A stretch of DNA of 24,000 bases from NCBI GenBank assembly GCA_000940995.1, contig CP005973.1, positions 112,229-136,228 on the forward strand. Reading direction: 5' to 3'. How positions within the stretch are numbered: the stretch's first letter is position 1; the number at the start of each line of letters is the position of its first letter. Origin of the DNA: Photobacterium gaetbulicola Gung47 (GTDB lineage Bacteria; Pseudomonadota; Gammaproteobacteria; Enterobacterales; Vibrionaceae). Below the pieces are notes generated by a model. It ran no database searches. It saw nothing but the letters and a program-made list of their open reading frames with translations, and was not told the DNA's origin. This document shows, piece by piece, positions 15,431 through 22,230 of the stretch. A program made the position numbers and the translations under genes.

Positions 15431-15721
15431 ATGACTTTCCTGATATCTTGGCAGCTTTATCAAGGGCGGTTGCATCCTGTGCTGGCGCACTTTTCCAAAC
15501 TGACAGAAGAGCAAGACAAGGCACTGATGGGGCCGGATATCAAGTTGGTTGGCCGCTGGCATGACTTGGTCAGTGGCACGGGCGTGTGTATCGTAGAATC
15601 TGACAGTATCGAGGCCGTGACCGCTTATGCGTTGAAGTGGAACAGTGAAATGGAGATCACGGTGCAGCCTGTGGTTGATGACGCCATGGCCCGAGAAATG
15701 GGTGAAAGGCTTTCGTTGTAA
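15431..15721 (+). CDS. DUF3303 domain protein
   Basis: The ORF track starts at 15416. I prefer ATG 15431, preceded by GAAGAGG. MTFLISWQL..G......F.......D.....IKLVGRWHDLVSGTGVCIVESDS.EAV..YALKW......ITV.PVVDD matches the DUF3303 pattern (M.f.v.w......LGRWH...sg.g..i.e.dd.......w......i.v.Pv.dd) as recalled. Confidence 0.75.
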   Translation: MTFLISWQLYQGRLHPVLAHFSKLTEEQDKALMGPDIKLVGRWHDLVSGTGVCIVESDSIEAVTAYALKWNSEMEITVQPVVDDAMAREMGERLSL

Positions 15722-16002
15722 TCTTTAATTAAGAACAAAGCCTGATATAAACCGCGCCTTCCTCATTCCGCTTTAGGTGATGTGATGACTTGGTGGAAAG
15801 AGGAAGGCTGAAGGATGGCCCGGAGTGCTGTTCTTTCTTGTATTGCAGAATCTTCTCCTGAAGCGCTTACCTTGCAGCATTCGCGAAATTTCCCCCTATA
15901 CATCCTCACAATGACTTTAGAACCTAAAGTCATCCCTTGAGCAGAAAACCATGGTCGTTTAGATTACGTATTGTGGTAAAAGCGTTTTGTTGGAGGCTCC
16001 CC

Positions 16003-16218
16003 ATGAATCGGGTACACCCTAAATCCCTTTATGGAAGCAAATGGACCAAAGTGGAAGTCGAAGGGCGAGAGAAGCATTTTATGGTGATCGATGTGGAATA
16101 TGACGACAACCAAAAAGTCGTCTACTGCCTAATTCAAGCGGTGATCAATCATCGAATGTTTGAGCTTGATTGGCGTGAGCTCAAAGATAGCAGCCGCTGG
16201 ATAATGGGCTGGAAGTAA
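16003..16218 (+). CDS. TIGR02450-family tryptophan-rich small protein
   Basis: The ORF track starts at 15937. I prefer ATG 16003, preceded by GGAGG (15992-15996). MNRVHPKSLYGSKWTKVEVEGREKHFMVIDVEYDDNQKVVYCLIQAVINHRMFELDWRELKDSSRWIMGWK fits the family signature (NPKKL..SKWTAV....EKHF.V..V.......C.IEAV......IDWR.LKD...W..GW) as recalled. Confidence 0.8.
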   Translation: MNRVHPKSLYGSKWTKVEVEGREKHFMVIDVEYDDNQKVVYCLIQAVINHRMFELDWRELKDSSRWIMGWK

Positions 16219-16306
16219 TTCTCATCGTCAGGATTAAACATCTGAATTGTCGCTCTGTGAGATTGGTTATATAACGCGCATTCTTTTCTAATTTTGTGAA
16301 AACGTG

Positions 16307-16909
16307 ATGCAGAAGTTAATCGATGCGCTGGCGACCCAGGGATATTTTGTTTGGGATGACTTTCTCTCCCCTGAGCAAGTGAGTGAGCTCAAATTGTGTT
16401 TGCCGGAGCAATGGACCCAAGCCCGAATTGGCCGTAACGATGAAGTGGCTCGTGAATCATCGATTCGTAGTGACAAAATTCATTGGCTAGCGGCAGATCA
16501 AGGTATCGCGGTACAAGATTACCTGGAGCGTATGGAAGTTATCCGCCGAGAGGTCAACCAGCACTTTTTTCTCGGCCTATTTGAATATGAAGCCCATTTT
16601 GCCAAGTATGAAAAAGGTGACTTCTACCAGAAGCATTTAGACTGTTTTCGTGGCAATGAGAATCGCCGCTTAACGACAGTGTTCTATATGAATGACAGCT
16701 GGGATGAACAGGATGGTGGCGAGCTGGTGGTCTATGACTTGGATGACAAGGAATTGATGAAGCTAGCGCCTAAATCAGGCCGCCTGTTTGTGTTCCTGTC
16801 CGAGCAGTTTCCTCATGAGGTACTGCCGACCAATGTCGAGCGCTTCAGTATCGCGGGGTGGTTTCGCACCAACGGCGTGAAAAATAACATGCTCGATATC
16901 GCGCAGTAA
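16307..16909 (+). CDS. 2OG-Fe(II) oxygenase, prolyl 4-hydroxylase (EGLN/PHD)-like
   Basis: 200 aa from ATG 16307 (the track starts at the adjacent GTG 16304). The facial triad and 2OG-binding residues are present: H-L-D in FYQKHLDCF, the distal His in FPHEVLP, and R-x-S in ERFSIAGWF. DGGELVVY is typical of the P4H-type jelly roll. Confidence 0.88.
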   Translation: MQKLIDALATQGYFVWDDFLSPEQVSELKLCLPEQWTQARIGRNDEVARESSIRSDKIHWLAADQGIAVQDYLERMEVIRREVNQHFFLGLFEYEAHFAKYEKGDFYQKHLDCFRGNENRRLTTVFYMNDSWDEQDGGELVVYDLDDKELMKLAPKSGRLFVFLSEQFPHEVLPTNVERFSIAGWFRTNGVKNNMLDIAQ

Positions 16910-16916
16910 TGTCTTT

Positions 16917-16955
16917 AGCCATACCCTGAGATAACAGGGTATGGCTATTTATTTC
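16917..16955 (+). terminator. Intrinsic terminator of the oxygenase gene
   Basis: AGCCATACCCTG (16917-16928) pairs perfectly with CAGGGTATGGCT (16935-16946) around a 6-nt loop, followed by ATTTATTTC. Confidence 0.7.
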
Positions 16956-17082
16956 ATAGCAAATTCAGCCCAAACGCCGTTTTTACTTTATCGAGTGTTT
17001 GTTGCGATTCTTCCTTCGCTTGCTCGGTTCCTTTCTTTAACACCTCTGTCAGATATCCTTTATCTGCAATTAATGCCGTCAC
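16954..17082 (-). pseudogene. Possible relic of the C-terminus of a class I aminoacyl-tRNA synthetase (TrpRS-like)
   Basis: The tail of ORF 16954..17214 reads ...VTALIADKGYLTEVLKKGTEQAKEESQQTLDKVKTAFGLNLL*. This resembles the C-terminal helix pair of TrpRS (D...L..VL..GAEKA...A..TL..V..A.GL). There is no plausible start or SD, and the upstream part of the ORF is an out-of-frame read through a hairpin and the end of the neighbouring gene. Confidence 0.2.
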
Positions 17083-17137
17083 TTTACAATGTAAATTTCC
17101 TTTGTCCCCCGCTTGCGGGGGACTAGAAACAAGCGAG

Positions 17138-17881
17138 TTATTTTTCCTGGTTAGCCTGTTCGATGAGCCGTGTGCGCTCGTTGGTGCCCCGGTTGCGGAT
17201 CTCATGCATGACAAAGATCAGCGGGTCTCGGGTCCAAGGCTGGCCTGACTCCTTGTCGTAGTCGTTCGGCAGCTCGATCCCCTCGGGGGCATAGGCATCG
17301 ATACCGGCATCCTTTGAGGTGTTGATAGTGCGCAGGCTGTGCTCATAGAAACCGACCACAACGGCTTTACCGAGTTTATCAGTTCCTCCGGCCAGTTTAA
17401 CTATCTCTTCGGCAACGCCAATCGTACTGAGGTAGATGATGGTGCCGTCAGCGCCCACTTTGGGATAGATGGCAGTGAGATCCTTTTCATCAATACGATC
17501 TCCAATTTCCTGGGCAATTTCCCACTGGGCATATACCGGCTTGCCGGTTTGCTTGTAAATCTCCACAACCGTATCTGCCAGCGCTTTGTTCATCGGACCG
17601 GGCGACTGGTTGCCATTTTCGGCAATTCGGTTACCAAAGGCATAGGCAATAATACTGTCTGCTTGATCAAGCGATAGGGGTTCCCCTTGCCAGGTCAGTA
17701 GGTTTTTCATAATAAAGTCAGCTGTGTGGGCTGCTACTTTCTCATCTTTTAATTGTTCGGTTAATTTTGCTTCTATCGCTGCTTGTAAATCGGCGTCCGA
17801 TAATTGTTGTGCGATGACCGCGGGGGAAATGAAAGCAATGGTTGAAATTGCAAGCACGGCTGATTTAGCAATTATGTTCAT
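17138..17881 (-). CDS. Secreted protein, possibly DUF218 / YdcF-SanA-like
   Basis: The ORF track starts at 17938. I prefer ATG 17881 (AGGA with a 6-nt spacer), giving MNIIAKSAVLAISTIAFISPAVIA-QQ, a typical Sec signal. IIAYAFGNR...GPMNKALADTVVEIYKQTGKP...AVVVGFYEHSLRTINTSKDAGID loosely follows the DUF218 layout (weak family call). Confidence 0.8.
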   Translation of the reverse strand: MNIIAKSAVLAISTIAFISPAVIAQQLSDADLQAAIEAKLTEQLKDEKVAAHTADFIMKNLLTWQGEPLSLDQADSIIAYAFGNRIAENGNQSPGPMNKALADTVVEIYKQTGKPVYAQWEIAQEIGDRIDEKDLTAIYPKVGADGTIIYLSTIGVAEEIVKLAGGTDKLGKAVVVGFYEHSLRTINTSKDAGIDAYAPEGIELPNDYDKESGQPWTRDPLIFVMHEIRNRGTNERTRLIEQANQEK

Positions 17882-18180
17882 GTTCATTCCTACCATTTGT
17901 CTGGGGATAGATTTTAACTGCAAACTAAAGGCTAGCATTAATTGGGTTTTCGGCGACTTTGTTGGCTATTTGGCAAAGTAGATGTCGGTGCTGTTCTTCT
18001 GCCATGCCCTTGATTCTGTGCGACAGATCTGAGAACTGATAATCGGTTGTAAGCATTTTTTCTCTTTGGGCTTTGTTAACTATACTCAAAGGTACGGTTT
18101 TTAAGTGTCTGAAATTAATAGCCAATATAAAAGTGTTCTTTTGGTACTTGAACCGAGCGTCGTTTTGAAAGGAGATTGAA

Positions 18181-19593
18181 ATGCGGTTAGCAATGGCAGT
18201 GGGAATAGCATTGGCTTCATCAGTGGTTGTGGCAGAAGGTGACAATGTTGAGGTTGGGCAGGCCCCAACAGAGCAGCAGCCTCTTTTTCTTTCAAACGGC
18301 TCGCAAGAGCAACCCTCTTACACCTCCCATTATTCGAGTGCTCCCTATACCAATACTACTTGGGAGCAGGTGCCACGTGATGCCTCAGTATATGACTCGC
18401 CGTATAACGTCGCTTTATTTTCGGGAGAGAATGGCGAGGACAAGGCGCGTATGTGGTCACAAACCAAATCAATTTTTTGGTATGGCGTGGGGGTGGCTGG
18501 TTTTATTGCACTGTTACCGGAAGATATCTCGAACTGGGATACTAGCGACGACCGCTTGCTGGAAAAATGGTGGAACAATGTCAAAGACGGTCCGGTATGG
18601 GATAGGGATGTGTGGTATATCAACTATATCGGCCACCCCTACTTTGGTGGGGTGTATTACCAGATCGCGAGGAAGTCGGGATACCGGCAATGGGATGCTT
18701 TTGTCTATTCCTTCATGATGTCGACCTTCTATTGGGAATATGGTGTAGAGGCTTTTGCCGAGATCCCTGCCGTGCAGGATCTTGTTGTTACTCCGGTGCT
18801 GGGATGGGTATACGGTGAATGGGCTTTCCACAAAGAGCGCGAGATTATTCAGGGCGGGGGGAAAGTCTGGGATTCCGAATGGATGGGAAGTACTGCCCTG
18901 TTCTTGCTCGATCCGGTTGATAGCCTGGGGCGCGGCGTAAACCACCTGATGGGGCGTGATGTGGTGAAGGCGGGGACGGGATATATTGGCTATCAGGATG
19001 TTGCACTGCCTAACGGCCAGACAGATACCCAGTTCAATGTGAATATGAACTTCCAGTTCGGTGAGGGGGAAACTAGCCCGGCAATGCGCCGCAGTTATAC
19101 CCGGGTTCGCAACGTCACAACTCATGATCCTGTAGATTACGGTATCGTCGGTATCTCGGTTGGTGGTCGTTATCTGGATTTGGATGATGAGTGGGGGATC
19201 GAAAATAGCTGGGCACCGATGATCACTCTGGGTGTGTACTACACGCCATCACTATCATCTCGCTTGCAATATACCCGTATCGACACCGACAGTAAAACAA
19301 CGGGTGAAAGCATCACCTATGAAAATTACAGCTTCGATTTCCAATATTATTTCCTTACTGATGACGATTTACGTCCTTATATCAATGCTGGGATCGGCGA
19401 AACCCTGCTGGAAAAAGATAGAGATACCACCACATTCCAAGTGAATGGCGGGCTTGGCTTACACTATAAACTAAACAGTAATTGGGCGCTGCAGGCCGAC
19501 TGGGTTCATTTCTACAGCGGCAAACTCTCAACCAACGATGACTTATTTTCAGGCCAGCTAGTTTATCGTTTTGGCCGAGGTGAGCGGTGGTGA
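18181..19593 (+). CDS. DUF3943 domain protein fused to a C-terminal outer-membrane beta-barrel domain
   Basis: 470 aa. AAGGAG SD. Short signal peptide MRLAMAVGIALASSVVVA. GPVWDRDVWYINYIGHPYFGGVYYQIARKSGY is the DUF3943 core as recalled. The C-terminal 130 aa show alternating aromatic/hydrophobic strands (YYTPSLSSRLQYTRID, YSFDFQYYF, LGLHYKLNSNWALQADWVHFYS, GQLVYRFG), typical of OMP barrels. Confidence 0.85.
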   Translation: MRLAMAVGIALASSVVVAEGDNVEVGQAPTEQQPLFLSNGSQEQPSYTSHYSSAPYTNTTWEQVPRDASVYDSPYNVALFSGENGEDKARMWSQTKSIFWYGVGVAGFIALLPEDISNWDTSDDRLLEKWWNNVKDGPVWDRDVWYINYIGHPYFGGVYYQIARKSGYRQWDAFVYSFMMSTFYWEYGVEAFAEIPAVQDLVVTPVLGWVYGEWAFHKEREIIQGGGKVWDSEWMGSTALFLLDPVDSLGRGVNHLMGRDVVKAGTGYIGYQDVALPNGQTDTQFNVNMNFQFGEGETSPAMRRSYTRVRNVTTHDPVDYGIVGISVGGRYLDLDDEWGIENSWAPMITLGVYYTPSLSSRLQYTRIDTDSKTTGESITYENYSFDFQYYFLTDDDLRPYINAGIGETLLEKDRDTTTFQVNGGLGLHYKLNSNWALQADWVHFYSGKLSTNDDLFSGQLVYRFGRGERW

Positions 19594-19772
19594 TAAGCCG
19601 TAAGAATAAGCATTTTTCCATTTTTTTTATGCCTAATTGACTGAGTTCTCAAAGTGATCTTTTTCTGCTCATAATTTATCCGTTCGCGATATTAATCACG
19701 GTTTTTATCGCTTGAGACTAGATACTAATTTCGAATAACAACAATTACTTGAAATTAGATAGTGGTGCGATC

Positions 19773-20888
19773 ATGAAAAAAGGAATTATCAGTTTACTTT
19801 CCCTTTCGGTCTTAATTGGACTCAGTGGCTGTAACAGCGACTCTGGATCCGAATCCATCGACTACGGCAAGAAGGCGACCGGCTATCTGGTCGATATCGC
19901 CGATGAAATCGAGGGTATTGGCGCGCGGGAAGCCAGCACGCCAGAGGAAGAGGCGATGGGCAACTGGCTGTACGACAAGTTAACCGGCTTTGGCTACGAC
20001 GTTGAGGTTCAGCCTTTTACCTATCAAAAAGGCGATAAGCTACTTTCCTCGAAAAACTTTATTGTTGAGAAGCAAGGGGCGAGTGAGAAAACCATCGTTT
20101 TGGCCGCTCACTACGACTCCACCGGCTCTGATCACGGTTCACTGGGAGCGACCGATAATGGCGCTGGAGTTGCTGCTGCGGTGGCGATTGCCGAAAGCCT
20201 GATGCAAGAGTCTCTGCCTTATACTGTACGTATTCTGTTCCCCGGCGCGGAAGAAAACGGCCTCAACGGCTCGCTGCATTATGTTCGCCAGGCGTTGGAC
20301 AACGACCAACTGGACAACGTCATTGCCATGATTAACTACGATACCGTCGGTGGTGGCGACTATGTTTATGTGCATGCTGCGCACTCGGATTATGCTGAGT
20401 ATCAATCCACCTGTGAGAAGTTGGGCTTGGGTGAAGCAGACTACAATGCCCAACCCCATGTCCGGGATGCCATGCTACAGGCTTCAATCGCTGTCAAAGG
20501 CGAAGAGGGACAGTATACCGTTCACCCTGCTTTCCCGGGCTACCCAGAGGGGGAGACTGGGTCATGGTCTGATCATGCGGGCTTTGCCTGTGCCGGTATT
20601 CCGATTGCGTATGTTGAAGCGACCAACTTTGACATCAATGGTAAGTGGGGTTTCGACGGCTATTCGCAAACGGTTAACCCTGCAGCTTGGGACTGCTACG
20701 ATGCCGAAAACAAAACTGCCTGTGATCGCGAGAATGAAACCCGATGGGGCAAGATTTGGCATACCGAGTTTGATCGTTTGGATAAATTGGAAGAGTTATT
20801 CCCGGGGCGGGTTGAGCAGCAATTGAGTGATAACGTGAATATTGTTTTGGAGCTAATGACATCAGCGGGTTATATCAGCGATAAATGA
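19773..20888 (+). CDS. M28-family zinc aminopeptidase, lipoprotein
   Basis: The ORF track starts at TTG 19749. I prefer ATG 19773, giving MKKGIISLLSLSVLIGLSG-C (lipobox). The M28 metal ligand blocks AAHYDS, GATDNGAGVA, GAEENGLNGS and WSDHAGF are present. Confidence 0.9.
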   Translation: MKKGIISLLSLSVLIGLSGCNSDSGSESIDYGKKATGYLVDIADEIEGIGAREASTPEEEAMGNWLYDKLTGFGYDVEVQPFTYQKGDKLLSSKNFIVEKQGASEKTIVLAAHYDSTGSDHGSLGATDNGAGVAAAVAIAESLMQESLPYTVRILFPGAEENGLNGSLHYVRQALDNDQLDNVIAMINYDTVGGGDYVYVHAAHSDYAEYQSTCEKLGLGEADYNAQPHVRDAMLQASIAVKGEEGQYTVHPAFPGYPEGETGSWSDHAGFACAGIPIAYVEATNFDINGKWGFDGYSQTVNPAAWDCYDAENKTACDRENETRWGKIWHTEFDRLDKLEELFPGRVEQQLSDNVNIVLELMTSAGYISDK

Positions 20889-20947
20889 GAAATAAACGAT
20901 AAAAAATACTTGTTTTACCTAGCCGAGGTTTATGGGTATAAATCGCA

Positions 20948-21046
20948 ATGTACTTTTAAAGACAAACCCAAGGAACGCTAGGAAAATTGGGTATATCGTA
21001 TCTTTTTAGCACTTTTGGCCATCGCACCTTCTGATGGCCTTTTTTT
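20948..21046 (+). ncRNA. Candidate small RNA (or structured 3' UTR) bounded by a sigma70-like promoter and an intrinsic terminator
   Basis: -35 TTTACC (20914-20919), 17-nt spacer, -10 TATAAA (20937-20942). An internal hairpin ACCCAA/TTGGGT (20966-20992) has a loop containing AAGGAA and AGGAAA. Terminator GGCCATC-N9-GATGGCC plus T7 (21017-21046). There is no ORF longer than 3 codons from the only ATG. Ends are approximate. Confidence 0.3.
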
Positions 21047-21185
21047 ATTGTGGCGTTAGTGCTTGCCTCGATTTTGTGAACGTGGGCTTTTGGCTGGACT
21101 TCACAGTTTGCAGAATAATAATCGGTAGGGCTGTCTGTATTGTCGTATATTCGCTGGTGTTAACTGACCGGTATACAGAGGAATA

Positions 21186-22139
21186 ATGGCTAAGCAAATC
21201 GCCCAGAATGAGAATCCGCAAGATACCTCAGATGCAGACGCTGTTGGCCCACTGAGCTTATTTTCCTCTTATGAATCGATTCATATCGAGTTGCGTAAGC
21301 CGCACCACATGCCCTGCTACCATTGGCACGGCCAAATAGAAGTCAACATCCCCTTCGGTGATGATGTCGATTATGTCATCAATGACCACCCGTTTACTAT
21401 CAGCAATGGTCATGTCGGGATCTTTTGGGCGACCACACCGCACCAACTTATCGAGCCCGGTAAGTCGAGTAATATGGGGATCTTGAATATACCCATTCAT
21501 TACTTCTTGGCTTGGCCTCTGGACGAAAGCCTGCTCAATCAGATCACCCATGGCACAGTGGTGCAGTCAGCGCTGCCAAATCTGGTGACCGAGCAGCAGA
21601 TTGCATTCTGGATGGAAGAAAGTAAAAGCAATGACATTGGCTTTCGTCAATTGGCGGCCGATGAAATGTCCCTGATGTTAAAAAGAGTGTGCCTAACAGG
21701 CTGGGAGAAGCTGACCCATACCATGGAAAGCAAGGGGAGTATGAAAGGGCTCTCCAAGCACTCGCAATTCCATGTGCAGAAAATCTTGGAATATATCGCT
21801 TGTCATCATGATTCTCCTTTGACAGTAAAAAGTATTGCGGAGCATGTTGGCTTGCATACCAACTATGCGATGAACTTGTTCCAGAGTGTGATGAAGATGA
21901 CCATCAAGGAATATGTCACTTCGATGCGGATTAACCACGCCCGCGCACTGCTAGCGGATACCAACCGAACGATTCTCGATATTGCCCTAACGGTGGGTTT
22001 CAATTCAAATAGCCGCTTTTATGAAACCTTCCAGCGCTATATGAAAATGACGCCAACGGAGTTTCGCAAGCTCAGTCGCAAGAGTAATAAGCTGGCGCAG
22101 TATGATAGCAATTTGGATTTCCAAGGCATTCCTAAATGA
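21186..22139 (+). CDS. melR: AraC-family transcriptional activator, MelR homologue
   Basis: 317 aa. Colinear with E. coli MelR as recalled: PLSL.S.Y..I.IE.R.PH.MP..HWHGQ.EVN.PF..DV.Y.IN, F.W...PHQL, L.WPLD..L.N..THG.V, RQLA.DE..LMLKR..L.GWE, and the C-terminal HTH pair ...Y.T.MRINH.RALL.DT...ILDIAL..GF.S.SRFY.TF..Y..M.P..+RKLS. Confidence 0.9.
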   Translation: MAKQIAQNENPQDTSDADAVGPLSLFSSYESIHIELRKPHHMPCYHWHGQIEVNIPFGDDVDYVINDHPFTISNGHVGIFWATTPHQLIEPGKSSNMGILNIPIHYFLAWPLDESLLNQITHGTVVQSALPNLVTEQQIAFWMEESKSNDIGFRQLAADEMSLMLKRVCLTGWEKLTHTMESKGSMKGLSKHSQFHVQKILEYIACHHDSPLTVKSIAEHVGLHTNYAMNLFQSVMKMTIKEYVTSMRINHARALLADTNRTILDIALTVGFNSNSRFYETFQRYMKMTPTEFRKLSRKSNKLAQYDSNLDFQGIPK

Positions 22140-22230
22140 TTTTCGACGAACCTGCTGTATATGATTAGGTAGCTGTATCAATCCACGTTACACTTTCATT
22201 TCCATCTAGCTTCAATGAAAACACATCAAC

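Noticed and set aside
15125-15562. 145-aa minus-strand ORF spanning the 79-aa gene, the spacer and the start of the DUF3303 gene
   Set aside because: It overlaps two plus-strand genes that have strong SDs, one with a family match. It has no SD or recognisable domain, so it is probably a chance open frame in AT-rich DNA.
17104-17123. GTCCCCCG-CTTG-CGGGGGAC hairpin just after the stop of the DUF218-like gene
   Set aside because: The stem is stable (8 bp with a tetraloop), but no U-tract follows on either strand, so I do not list it as a terminator. It may still aid 3'-end stability.
16941-17126. 61-aa plus-strand ORF in the oxygenase / DUF218 gap
   Set aside because: It starts inside the oxygenase terminator stem, has no SD, and the opposite strand carries the only recognisable (relic) similarity.
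18514-19125. 203-aa minus-strand ORF inside the DUF3943/OMP gene
   Set aside because: It is antisense to a gene with a clear signal peptide, the DUF3943 core and barrel strands. Its translation has no features.
12430-19772. N-terminal extensions in the ORF track (12430, 15416, 15937, 16304, 17938, 19749 starts)
   Set aside because: The track takes the longest ORF, including TTG/GTG starts. In each case an internal ATG has a better SD. In several cases it also yields a canonical N-terminus: an HTH, a signal peptide, a lipobox or a family-typical start.
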